This document shows, in pieces, positions 1 to 8,578 of a DNA stretch of 20,427 nt. Where the stretch lies: positions 1 through 20,427 of the forward strand of contig CAXULY010000068.1 of the NCBI GenBank assembly GCA_964252075.1, given 5' to 3'. Each line of letters starts with the position of its first letter. Position 1 is the first letter of the stretch. The DNA is from an uncultured Deinococcaceae bacterium (lineage in GTDB: Bacteria > Deinococcota > Deinococci > Deinococcales > Deinococcaceae). The notes beneath the pieces were generated by a model. The model saw only the letters and a list, made by a program, of their open reading frames with translations. It was not told the origin of the DNA and did not search any database. A program made the position numbers and the translations under genes.

Positions 1-2
1 CG

Positions 3-338
3 GTGGTGTCCACGCTGGATGATCTGCACACCTACGTGCGCGCCCTGTGCACCGGTACCCTGCTGAAGCCTGCGACCCAGACCGAGCGCCTCTCTGGTGA
101 CCAGATGGACGGCGAGCCCGCCTTCATCAGGTACGGGGAGGGAGTGTTGCAGCTTGGGCCGTTCTGCGGGCACAACGGCACCATCTTCGGGTTCAGCAGC
201 GAGGCGTTCTACCTGCCGGCCAGAGACGCGGTGATCGTCATCAACGTGAACCGCCTCGACCAGGACGACAAGAGTCAGTCCACCGAGCTGTTCCTGCGCC
301 TCACCAAGGCGCTCTTCCCCCAGGATGTGCCCTGGTGA
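3..338 (+). CDS. Serine hydrolase (beta-lactamase/D-Ala-D-Ala carboxypeptidase-like), C-terminal fragment; 5' end is outside the window
   Basis: Frame open from the window edge. STLDDLHTYVRAL...G.LL, YGEG and GHNGTIFGF (HxG triad) are typical C-terminal motifs of this family. The SxxK motif is not in the window. Confidence 0.85.
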   Translation: MVSTLDDLHTYVRALCTGTLLKPATQTERLSGDQMDGEPAFIRYGEGVLQLGPFCGHNGTIFGFSSEAFYLPARDAVIVINVNRLDQDDKSQSTELFLRLTKALFPQDVPW

Positions 339-664
339 GCCGCCTGATGGGTTGGTGCGGGCGGTCCGTGGCGCTGCTGCTCGCCCTCTCCGCGGTGCCC
401 GCCGCGCAGGCCGGGGGCGGTGGGGGACTCCGCGTTCCGTACACCTGCACGGACGGAACGCGCATTCAGGCCACGTACGTGGGGCCGCGCGCGAGCGTGC
501 GGGTGAACGGCCGGGTGCTGGAGATGAACACCGCGCGCAGCGGTTCGGGCGCGCGGTACGTGGGGGGCGGGTTCACGTGGTGGACGAAGGGCCCCAGCGC
601 GGACCTGTACCGGGGCACGGACCCGGGCGCGCTGACGCACCTGAACGCGTGCCGGGCGCCGTGA
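335..664 (+). CDS. MliC/PliC-family c-type lysozyme inhibitor, secreted
   Basis: YTC...SGSGARY...WWTKG..A...C signature. Signal peptide ends AAQA with no lipobox. GTG start overlaps the upstream TGA (GTGA, 335-338); ATG 347 is an alternative start. Confidence 0.88.
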   Translation: MSRLMGWCGRSVALLLALSAVPAAQAGGGGGLRVPYTCTDGTRIQATYVGPRASVRVNGRVLEMNTARSGSGARYVGGGFTWWTKGPSADLYRGTDPGALTHLNACRAP

Positions 665-674
665 GGCGGTCCTG

Positions 675-1874
675 GTGACGGCCCCGCCGACCCTGCCGCG
701 GCCGCTGCTGCCCGTGCTGATGCTGGCGACCTTCGTGGTGGGCGTGGACTTCTTCATCGCCTCGCCGCTCCTCGCGAGCCTCGCGCGGGGGTTTGCCGTT
801 CCGGTGCCGGCGGCGGCGGCGGTGATCCCGACCTTCGCGCTGCCGTACGGCCTGGGCGCCCTGCTCTTCGCCCCGCTCGCGGGTCGCCTGGGGCGCCGCC
901 CGCTGCTGTTGACGGCCCTGCTGTGCTTCAGCCTCGCGACCCTCCTCACCGCGGCCGCGCCCTCCTTTCCGGTGCTGCTGCTGAGCCGCGTGCTGGCCGG
1001 CACCGCCGCCGCCGCGCTCACCCCGAACCTGTACGCCCTGGTGTCGGACCTCGCGCCGGAGGGGGACCGCCCGCGCCTGCTGGGCCTGCTGCTGAGCGGC
1101 ATCATGTCCGGCCTCGTGGTGGGCGTGCCGCTGGGCACGGCGCTCGCGGAGGCGGTGGGCTGGCGCGGGGTGTTCTGGGCACTCGGGGCGTGCGGCCTGC
1201 TGCTGCTCGTGGCGTTCGCCGCCGTGGTGCCCGCCCGCCCCGGCACGGCGGGCAATGTGCCCTTCCTGGAGACGGTGGCGCGGGCCGTGCGCCTTCCCGG
1301 CGCGCGGCCCGCCCTGCTGACGAGCGCCCTGCTGTTCGGGGCGCCGAACGCCGCGTTCTCCCTGTTCGGCCCGTTCCTGATGAGGCGCTACGGGCTGGAC
1401 ATCAGCGACGTGGGCTGGGTCATCGCGGTGTACGGGGTGTGCAGCGTCGCGGGCAACTTCACGACGCAGCTGGTCCTGCGGTCCCTGGGCGGCCTGCCGC
1501 GGACCATCGGGGTGGGCGCGCTCGGCATCGCGGCCCTGCTGCTCGTGATCGGGCTGGGCCGCTGGCCGCTGGGCGTGCTGGTGGTCCTGGTGGTGGCGTG
1601 GGGGTACCTGAACGGTTTCGCCATTCCCGCGCAGCAGGCGCTGGTCGCGCAGGTGGGCGGCGGCGCGCGCGGCACGCTGCTCTCGCTGGCCTCCAGCGCG
1701 ATGTACCTGGGCCTGTCGGCGCTGAGCGCCCTGGAGGCGGCGCTGCTGCACCTTGTGGGTGACGCGGCGCCCGCCGTGCTGTCCGCCGCGTGCCTGCTCG
1801 CGGTGCCGCTGCTGCTCGGCCAGGTCGGGCGGCGGACCGCCGGGGAGGCGCGGACCGCTGAGCGGCTGGGCTGA
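675..1874 (+). CDS. MFS transporter, probable DHA1/AraJ-NepI-like exporter
   Basis: 399 aa with about 12 hydrophobic segments. Loop 2-3 motif LAGRLGRR and antiporter motif C-like GLVVGVPLG. Confidence 0.9.
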   Translation: MTAPPTLPRPLLPVLMLATFVVGVDFFIASPLLASLARGFAVPVPAAAAVIPTFALPYGLGALLFAPLAGRLGRRPLLLTALLCFSLATLLTAAAPSFPVLLLSRVLAGTAAAALTPNLYALVSDLAPEGDRPRLLGLLLSGIMSGLVVGVPLGTALAEAVGWRGVFWALGACGLLLLVAFAAVVPARPGTAGNVPFLETVARAVRLPGARPALLTSALLFGAPNAAFSLFGPFLMRRYGLDISDVGWVIAVYGVCSVAGNFTTQLVLRSLGGLPRTIGVGALGIAALLLVIGLGRWPLGVLVVLVVAWGYLNGFAIPAQQALVAQVGGGARGTLLSLASSAMYLGLSALSALEAALLHLVGDAAPAVLSAACLLAVPLLLGQVGRRTAGEARTAERLG

Positions 1875-1936
1875 GGCTGGCCGCTTGTCCCTCACGCGTC
1901 GCTTGGCCCTTCACCCCTTCACCCACCGGGAGCTTC

Positions 1937-2386
1937 ATGCGAACCACCGCCACCCTTACCCTGATGTCCCTGGCGCTGCTGCTCGGCGGTTGCGGTCAGG
2001 TGCCGCCCGGCGACCCGGGCGCCCCACCCGTGGACGTGCGCCTGGGCGACCAGCAGTTCATCCTGAACGCCGGACAGATCCTCACGCTGGAACCCACGCC
2101 GGGCGCGCCGGGCTTCCCGAGGGCCCTCGTGACCATTGACGGCGTGACGCAGGGTGGTTGCGCCACCGTCAGCGTCGTGACGACCCACGACCCGAAGCTC
2201 GGCCCTGGCCTCTCGATCCTCATCCGTGAAGGGCTGGGGTGTTCCGCCTCCGTCCGACCATCCGTGGCGCTGCGAACGTCCGCCTCCCAAACGCACGTCG
2301 TGGTGCCGACTGGCCCCGCCACGGTCCTGCGCCTCACCAACGACACCCGTGAGGTCCTGCGCGTCACCATTCAACGCCAGCGGTAG
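1937..2386 (+). CDS. Hypothetical lipoprotein
   Basis: GGAG RBS. Basic N-terminus, hydrophobic stretch and lipobox LGGC (Cys19). Beta-rich mature part with two more Cys. No family recognised. Confidence 0.7.
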   Translation: MRTTATLTLMSLALLLGGCGQVPPGDPGAPPVDVRLGDQQFILNAGQILTLEPTPGAPGFPRALVTIDGVTQGGCATVSVVTTHDPKLGPGLSILIREGLGCSASVRPSVALRTSASQTHVVVPTGPATVLRLTNDTREVLRVTIQRQR

Positions 2387-2450
2387 TGGAAACGCCGCGC
2401 GCCATCAGGCCCCGCCGCGGGCCCATCCGCCCGCGCAGCAGAGGTGAAGC

Positions 2451-5084
2451 ATGAACCGAAGGCTCTCCCGCCGTCTCGTCACCGCCGCTTTCTGGGCGCT
2501 GCTGCTGGCCGCCGTGATCGCCGCGCTCGTCGCGCTGACCCCGGGCGGCTGGGCGGCGGCGCAGGGCGGGCCGTTTCCTGAAGGGCTGCCCAGTCAGATC
2601 GGCGCGGCGCGCTTCGAGGGGCAACTCATGGTGTTCCTGCAGCGGCGCGGCTACGCGGGCTGGGTGCACGACCCGGACATCCGCAGCACCGGCCCGTGGA
2701 TTGACGGGCAGAACTTCGGCACGCACCCGGCGGTGCGCGTCTATTACTCGCCGGGGGTGTGGGCGTGGGTGCAGGGCGGACGCCAGGGCGACATTCCCGA
2801 CGGGGCCGTCATCATCAAGGAGCAGTACGCGCCCCCGGCGGATCAGCAGCCACCCAAGCTGGAAGGCTACGCCATCATGGTGCGAGACCGCCAGGCGTCG
2901 TGGGACGGCTGGTACTGGAGCAGCGGCGCGGGCCTCGGGAACCCCACCGCCTACCCCTTCAACTACCCGTGGGCGGGTTACGGGCAGTACTGCGTGAACT
3001 GCCACGCCTCCACCGACAGCAAGATGTCCACCTTCTCCAGCGCGCGCAACGTGCTGGGCGACCCCATGACGTACCTGAGCGTCGAGCCGTCCATGCGGCC
3101 CAAACCACCCGCGGACAGCGTCCACTCGCGGATCGCCCCCCACCCCCGCCCGGTGGCGGGCGCCGCGCCCACCCCCGGCGCGGTGGGCCCCGCCTTCCAG
3201 CAGCTGTACCCGCAGATCCGCGAGGTGTCCGGGCCGCGCCCCCTGCCGCCCGAGTCGCTCGACTCGGTCGTGCAGGGCCCCGCCCCGCACGGGCAGAAGG
3301 GGTTCCTCACGTCCGACCAGTGCATCGGCTGTCACGACGCCACCCGCAACCTCGTGCCGGTGCAGCCCAACATGGTGTTCGCGGACCCGAGCACGAAGCG
3401 GGACGTGAACCTCTCGGCCTACGGGGAGTGGCGCTCGTCCATGATGGGGCTCGCCGGGCGCGACCCGGTGTTCTACGCGCAGCTGGAGAGCGAACGCGCC
3501 CTGCACCCGGAACTCGCGCCGCAGATCGACAACCTGTGCATGGGCTGCCACGGCGCGATGGGGCAGCGTCAGCTCGCCGCGGACACGGGCGGCAAGGGCC
3601 TGTTCACGCACGACACGATCCTCGCCACGCCGGACCACGACCCCGCGAACGCGACGTACGGGGCGCTCGGCCGGGAGGGCGTGTCCTGCACCATCTGTCA
3701 CCGCATCGCGGCGGAGGGCCTGGGCACCCCCGCCTCCTTCACGGGCGGCTTCAAACTCGACCCACCCGACGTGCTGAATGGACCGTACGCGGATGTGTCC
3801 ACCCTCCCCATGCAGAACGCGCTGGGCGTCACGCCCAGGCAGGGCCAGCAGATCACCCGGTCCTCGCTGTGCGGCTCGTGCCACACCATCGACCTGCCCA
3901 TCCTCGACGCGGGCAAGATCTACCCGGGGGACGGCTTCGGTTCCTTCCTCACGCGCGGGCACGAGCAGGACACGTACCTGGAGTGGCGCAACTCCATCTA
4001 CTCGAATGAGGGCAAATCTGCGCCCTCCACCGCCGTGACCTGTCAGGGCTGCCACATGCCCAACACGTACGCGGGCAACCGCCTCGCCTTCCGCATCGCC
4101 AACACCGAGGACGACACCTTCCCCGCCGTCGATCACCGCGCCCCCGATCAGGCGCTGAAGCTCACCGTGCGGGAGCCGTACGCGCGGCACATGCTGGCGG
4201 GCATCAACGTGTTCGCGCTGAGCATGTTCCAGCAGTTCCCGGACACCCTCGGCGTGCGCCCCACCGACCCCATGGCGGTGTTCGGCACGCCGGAGCCCGG
4301 CATCAGCACCGCCATCAACTCGGCGCTCGACCTCGCGCGGCGCTCCGCGAAGGTGGAGGTGGTGGGGGTCCGCTGCACGCCCTCGGGGCTGGAGGCGCGC
4401 GTGAAGGTCACGAACCTCGCCGGGCACCGCTTCCCGAGCGGCGTGAGTTTCCGGCGGGCCTTCATTGAGTTCCGGGTGCTGGACGCGCGCGGCCAGACCC
4501 TGTGGGCGTCGGGGCGGACCACCGATCAGGGCGTCATCCTGAACGGCCTGAGCGACCAGCCGCTCGCCACGGAGTTCTTCGCCGGCCCGGCGAACGGGCA
4601 GGTGTACCAGCCGCACCACCTCGCGATCTCGTCCGGCAGCCAGGTGCAGATCTACGAGGAGTTGACGCGCGACACGCGCGGGCTGTTCACCACCAGCTTC
4701 CTGGGTCGCGCGCACGAGGTCAAGGACAACCGCCTGATGCCGCGCGGCTGGGCCGCCACGGGACCAGACGCCGCCGCGACCCGCCCGAACGGCGGCGAGG
4801 GCCGCCCCGTGAGCGCGGGTTACCGGGACGGCAGCGGCTCGGACGAGGTGGTGTACCGCGTGCCGCGCGTGTGGGGAGGCGCGACGCCCGTGGCCGTCAC
4901 GGCCACCCTGTACTACCAGGCGATCCCGCCCTACTACCTGCGCCAGCGCTTCCAGACGGCGCCGCAGGGGGAGGCGAGCCGCACCCTGTGGTCGTACGCC
5001 GGGCGGCTCGATGTGAACGGCGCGGGTTCGCCCGTGCAGGACTGGAAGCTCCGCGTGTCCACAGACCGCAAGAGCGTCCGGTAG
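2451..5084 (+). CDS. Six-heme c-type cytochrome: N-terminal cytochrome P460-like domain, pentaheme domain and C-terminal heme-free domain
   Basis: CxxCH at 2991 (CVNCH), 3321 (CIGCH), 3537 (CMGCH), 3687 (CTICH), 3870 (CGSCH) and 4041 (CQGCH). VRVYYSP...PDGAVIIKE...MVRD...GWYW precedes the first heme. N-terminal signal/anchor; GAGGTG RBS. Confidence 0.88.
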   Translation: MNRRLSRRLVTAAFWALLLAAVIAALVALTPGGWAAAQGGPFPEGLPSQIGAARFEGQLMVFLQRRGYAGWVHDPDIRSTGPWIDGQNFGTHPAVRVYYSPGVWAWVQGGRQGDIPDGAVIIKEQYAPPADQQPPKLEGYAIMVRDRQASWDGWYWSSGAGLGNPTAYPFNYPWAGYGQYCVNCHASTDSKMSTFSSARNVLGDPMTYLSVEPSMRPKPPADSVHSRIAPHPRPVAGAAPTPGAVGPAFQQLYPQIREVSGPRPLPPESLDSVVQGPAPHGQKGFLTSDQCIGCHDATRNLVPVQPNMVFADPSTKRDVNLSAYGEWRSSMMGLAGRDPVFYAQLESERALHPELAPQIDNLCMGCHGAMGQRQLAADTGGKGLFTHDTILATPDHDPANATYGALGREGVSCTICHRIAAEGLGTPASFTGGFKLDPPDVLNGPYADVSTLPMQNALGVTPRQGQQITRSSLCGSCHTIDLPILDAGKIYPGDGFGSFLTRGHEQDTYLEWRNSIYSNEGKSAPSTAVTCQGCHMPNTYAGNRLAFRIANTEDDTFPAVDHRAPDQALKLTVREPYARHMLAGINVFALSMFQQFPDTLGVRPTDPMAVFGTPEPGISTAINSALDLARRSAKVEVVGVRCTPSGLEARVKVTNLAGHRFPSGVSFRRAFIEFRVLDARGQTLWASGRTTDQGVILNGLSDQPLATEFFAGPANGQVYQPHHLAISSGSQVQIYEELTRDTRGLFTTSFLGRAHEVKDNRLMPRGWAATGPDAAATRPNGGEGRPVSAGYRDGSGSDEVVYRVPRVWGGATPVAVTATLYYQAIPPYYLRQRFQTAPQGEASRTLWSYAGRLDVNGAGSPVQDWKLRVSTDRKSVR

Positions 5085-5122
5085 GCGCTGGCACCCCACG
5101 CGGTCCTGAGGGGTGGCGCAGC

Positions 5123-5152
5123 GAAGGGCACGGCCAGACGGCCGTGCCCTTC
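5123..5152. terminator. GC-rich stem-loop between convergent genes, probable terminator
   Basis: Perfect 13-bp stem GAAGGGCACGGCC-AGAC-GGCCGTGCCCTTC. No long U-tract on either strand. Confidence 0.6.
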
Positions 5153-5196
5153 TGCATGCAGGTTCACCAAGCGGGTGAACGGCCGTTCAGCGCGGG

Positions 5197-5958
5197 TTAC
5201 CGCAGCGCGTGCGGCAACTTCCCCGCGATGATCATCTCCAGCACCTCGTCCTGCGTGACGTCCTTCGTCCGCACGGTGCCCACCACCCGGCCGGTCTTCA
5301 TGACGGTCAGGCGGTCCGCGAGGTCAAAGACGTCGTGCAGGTCGTGGCTGATCAGGAAGATCCCGACGCCCTCGCCCTTGAGGTGCTGGATCAGCTGGTT
5401 GACCTGTTCGGTCTCCTGCGGGCCGAGCGCCGCGGTCGGCTCGTCCATGATCAGGACGCGCGCGCGAAAGTGAATGGCGCGGCTGATCGCGATGCTCTGG
5501 CGCTGACCGCCGGAGAAGTTGAACACCGGTTTCTTGAGGTCCGGAATCCTGACCTTCAGGCGCTCCAGCACCTGACGTGCGGCGTCCTCCATGCCGTCCT
5601 CGTCGAGCGCCCCGCCGCGCGTCAGTTCGCGGCCCAGGAAGATGTTGGCGGGCACGTCGAGGTTGTCGGCCAGCGCGAGGTTCTGGTAGATGGTCTCGAT
5701 GCCGTGCGCCTGCGCCACGCGGGGGCTCGTGACGCGCGCCTCCTGGCCGTCCAGCAGGATCTGCCCGTCATCGGGCGTGTAGGCGCCCGACAGGATCTTG
5801 ATGAGGGTGCTCTTCCCGGCGCCGTTGTGCCCGAGGAGGCCCACCACCTCGCCGGGGTACAGGTTCACGCTCACGTCCTGCAGGGAGTGCACGCCGCCGA
5901 AACTCTTGGAGATACCGCGCATCTCTACGAGGGGCGGAGCGGACGTCGCGGCCGTCAC
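5197..5958 (-). CDS. xylG: Sugar (xylose-type, CUT2) ABC transporter ATP-binding protein, single NBD, 253 aa
   Basis: Walker A GHNGAGKS, signature FSGGQRQ, Walker [12 protein letters not shown] loop. True start is GTG 5958 overlapping the permease TGA, not 6861. Confidence 0.85.
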   Translation of the reverse strand: MTAATSAPPLVEMRGISKSFGGVHSLQDVSVNLYPGEVVGLLGHNGAGKSTLIKILSGAYTPDDGQILLDGQEARVTSPRVAQAHGIETIYQNLALADNLDVPANIFLGRELTRGGALDEDGMEDAARQVLERLKVRIPDLKKPVFNFSGGQRQSIAISRAIHFRARVLIMDEPTAALGPQETEQVNQLIQHLKGEGVGIFLISHDLHDVFDLADRLTVMKTGRVVGTVRTKDVTQDEVLEMIIAGKLPHALR

Positions 5959-7178
5959 CGCGCCCTCCGCCGGGCGGCGACCACGTCCAGCAGCACCGCG
6001 AGCATCAGCACGCCGCCCTGCACGACGTTCTGCCAAGCGCTGGACAGGTCGAGGAGCAGCATGCCGTTGATGAGGCTGGACATCAGGAGCGCGCCGAGGA
6101 ACGCGCCGGGAATGCTGCCGGTGCCGCCGGACAGGCTGGTCCCGCCGATCACCGCAGCGGCAATGACGCTGAGTTCCGCGAGGGTGCCGGTGCTGTTCGT
6201 GCCGGCGTTCAGGCGCGCCGTCTGGATGGCGCCCGCGAGCGCCGCGAACACCCCCATCAGCGCGAAGACCAGCGTGGTGAGCCGCGAGGTGTTGATGCCC
6301 GCCAGCCGCGCCGCCTCGGGGTTCCCGCCGTACGCGAAGACGTAGCGGCCGAAGCGCGTGGCGCGCACCACCCACATCATCGCGAGCGTCACGAGGACCA
6401 TGATCAGGACCGGGACGGGCAGGCCGCGCGGCAGGCCGCTGCGCGGGTCGGTGTACCCGTTCATGACGCGGATCGCGCCGAAGATCAGCAGCACGGCGGC
6501 GAGCGTGACGAGCACCTGCAGCACGAGCGGGCGGTTCGGCAGGCCGCGGCGCTGGCGTTTCAGGTACGCGCGCGCGTCGTTCACGATCACCACCAGCATG
6601 CCGAGCAGTCCTAGTGCCCACGTCCAGGGGCCGCCGATGGCGCCGTTCAGGCCGCCGCCCAGCACCTGGAAGGGGTCGCTGAGCGGCGCGACCGTCTGGC
6701 CCGCCGTGAGGAGCCACGCGCCACCCCGGTAGATCAGCAGGCCGCCGAGCGTCACGATGAAGGCCGGCACGCCCAGGTACGCGACCCACGCGCCCTGGAA
6801 GGCACCGATCAGCGCCCCGATCGCGAGGCCGATCAGCACCGTGAGGGGCGCGCCCCACCACGCGTCCGGGGGGAACACGCGGGCGCTCAGGATCGCCATG
6901 ATCATGCCGGTGAAGCCCAGCACCGAGCCGATGGACAGGTCAATGTGGCGCATCACGATGATCAGCACCATGCCGCTCACCATGACGCCCACGCTGGCCG
7001 TCTGCACGCTGAGGTTCCAGAGGTTGCGGGCGGACAGGAACGCGCCGTCCGTGAGGAGGTTGAAGATGACGCCGATCACCAGGATGGCCAGCATCATGAA
7101 CAGCAGTCGGCCGTCCAGCTGAAGTTGCGCCAGCGGGGATTTGCGCGGCGCGGCGGTCGTGTTGGTGGTTGAGGTCAT
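5955..7178 (-). CDS. xylH: Xylose-type ABC transporter permease, 407 aa
   Basis: [38 protein letters not shown] and [18 protein letters not shown] motifs. ATG 7178 preceded by GGAG. Confidence 0.88.
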   Translation of the reverse strand: MTSTTNTTAAPRKSPLAQLQLDGRLLFMMLAILVIGVIFNLLTDGAFLSARNLWNLSVQTASVGVMVSGMVLIIVMRHIDLSIGSVLGFTGMIMAILSARVFPPDAWWGAPLTVLIGLAIGALIGAFQGAWVAYLGVPAFIVTLGGLLIYRGGAWLLTAGQTVAPLSDPFQVLGGGLNGAIGGPWTWALGLLGMLVVIVNDARAYLKRQRRGLPNRPLVLQVLVTLAAVLLIFGAIRVMNGYTDPRSGLPRGLPVPVLIMVLVTLAMMWVVRATRFGRYVFAYGGNPEAARLAGINTSRLTTLVFALMGVFAALAGAIQTARLNAGTNSTGTLAELSVIAAAVIGGTSLSGGTGSIPGAFLGALLMSSLINGMLLLDLSSAWQNVVQGGVLMLAVLLDVVAARRRAR

Positions 7179-7181
7179 TCG

Positions 7182-7225
7182 GGCTCCGCTGAGCGGGCGG
7201 CCCCGCCCGGAACTGGAGCGGAGCC
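7182..7225 (-). promoter_or_regulatory. Intercistronic stem-loop between xylF and xylH
   Basis: GGCTCCGCT (7182-7190) pairs with AGCGGAGCC (7217-7225). Inner stem CGGGCG/CGCCCG (7194-7209). Confidence 0.55.
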
Positions 7226-7242
7226 GCCTTGAGACGCTGGTT

Positions 7243-8286
7243 TTACTTGCAGGCGGCGGGCGCGGCGGCACCGCTCACGCCCGCGCAGATTTCAGCTTTG
7301 GTGGCCCACTTGGCGTCCAGCAGCACCTTCAGGTTCGTTTTGGTGATGACCGTGGGCTTCAGCAGGATGCCGTTCACCGTGACCTTCTTCGGTCCGCTGC
7401 TGAACGGCTTGGCGCCCGCCACCTTGTTCACGGCGGTGCCGTTCGCGAGCTGCACGGCGATCTCCGCGGCGCGCGTGCCGAGGGTGCGGGAGTCCTTCCA
7501 GACCGTGCCGGTCTGCAGGCCCTTCGCGATGCGGTTCAGGGCGGCCTTGTCGGCGTCCTGGCCGCTCACGGGCACCTTGCCGGCGAGGCCCACCCCGGCG
7601 AGCGCCGCGATGGCGCCGCCCGCCGTCCCGTCGTTCGACGCGACGACGGCGTCCACCTTGTCGCCCTGCGCGGTGAGGATCTGCTCCATGTTGCGCTGCG
7701 CCACCTCTGGCTTCCAGCCGTCGGTGTACTGCTCGCCGACTTTCTTGATGGCGCCGCTCTTCATGGCGGCGCCCAGCACGTCCATCTGCCCGGCGAACAG
7801 CAGGTCGGCGTTCGGGTCGGCGCTGTTGCCCTTGATGAACGCGAAGTTGCCGGCCTTCTTGACGTTCAGGACCATCTGGGCCTGGAGGCGGCCCACCTCG
7901 CGGTTGTCGAAGGACAGGTAGAACGCGTAGGGGTCCTCAATGAGTCGGTCGTAGGAGATCACGGGGATGCCCTCGGCCTTGGCTTTCGCGATGCCGGGCA
8001 GGATCGCCTCGCTGTCCTGCGCCAGCACGATCAGGACGTTCGCGCCCTTGGTGATGAGGCTCTCGATGTCCGAGAGCTGCTTCTCGTTGTCGCTCTGGGC
8101 GTCGGCGCTGATGTACTTGGCGCCGAGGCTGCCGAGCTTGGCCTTGATGGCCGCCTCATCGGTCTTCCAGCGCTCCTCCTGGAAGTTCGACCAGCTCACG
8201 CCGACCACGATGTCCTTCGCGAGGGCGCTGCTGGTGAGGCCCGCGAGGGCGACGGTGACGGCCACTTGAAACAGTTTGGTTTTCAT
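7243..8286 (-). CDS. xylF: D-xylose(-glucose) ABC transporter substrate-binding protein, 347 aa
   Basis: [37 protein letters not shown] and VSGQDAD motifs. Signal peptide ends ALA. AGGAGA RBS (8291-8296) before ATG 8286. Confidence 0.88.
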   Translation of the reverse strand: MKTKLFQVAVTVALAGLTSSALAKDIVVGVSWSNFQEERWKTDEAAIKAKLGSLGAKYISADAQSDNEKQLSDIESLITKGANVLIVLAQDSEAILPGIAKAKAEGIPVISYDRLIEDPYAFYLSFDNREVGRLQAQMVLNVKKAGNFAFIKGNSADPNADLLFAGQMDVLGAAMKSGAIKKVGEQYTDGWKPEVAQRNMEQILTAQGDKVDAVVASNDGTAGGAIAALAGVGLAGKVPVSGQDADKAALNRIAKGLQTGTVWKDSRTLGTRAAEIAVQLANGTAVNKVAGAKPFSSGPKKVTVNGILLKPTVITKTNLKVLLDAKWATKAEICAGVSGAAAPAACK

Positions 8287-8334
8287 GCAATCTCCTGTTC
8301 TCTCTGGAACGTTGAACACCTGTGCATCGCGTGA

Positions 8335-8386
8335 GTTGTCGGTAAACACAGCCTAGCACAAATCGTTTGCAATGGAAATCGATTTC
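8335..8386 (-). promoter_or_regulatory. xylF promoter with overlapping LacI-type operator candidates
   Basis: Minus strand TTTCCA (8378-8373)-17 bp-TAGGCT (8355-8350) with extended TG. Perfect palindrome GAAATCGATTTC at 8375-8386. Degenerate GTTGTCGGTAAA at 8335-8346. Confidence 0.6.
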
Positions 8387-8578
8387 GCTCGGAGGGAATG
8401 CGGTGGGGAACCACAGCAGCACGACGTGCGTAATTTTGCAGCTCAGCGGTCACATCATTCACCGGGTCGGCAGATCGACTTGCGGCCCGTTCGCCACGCA
8501 CTTCACCCTGGCCCGTTGCTCAACTCCGGCCGATGAGTCCAGCCCTCGTCGCCGCTTCGGGCTCACCGCCCGAACGCG

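Noticed and set aside
2451..2480. SRRLV as a Tat signal on the cytochrome
   Set aside because: Poor match to SRRxFLK, and c-type cytochromes are normally Sec-exported before heme attachment; more likely a basic n-region.
2364..5099. 911-aa minus-strand ORF and other long shadow ORFs (573-1895, 10828-13404, 7141-8334, 8984-10054, 18949-20343)
   Set aside because: Antisense or alternate-frame shadows of well-supported genes; Arg/Ala/Gly-rich with no motifs, as expected from stop-codon scarcity in high-GC DNA.
5959..6861. N-terminal extension of the ATPase ORF, and similar extensions on xylH, xylF, SDR, TetR and ASCH
   Set aside because: Extensions overlap other genes or promoters and lack family features; internal starts have RBS, overlap or -10 support.
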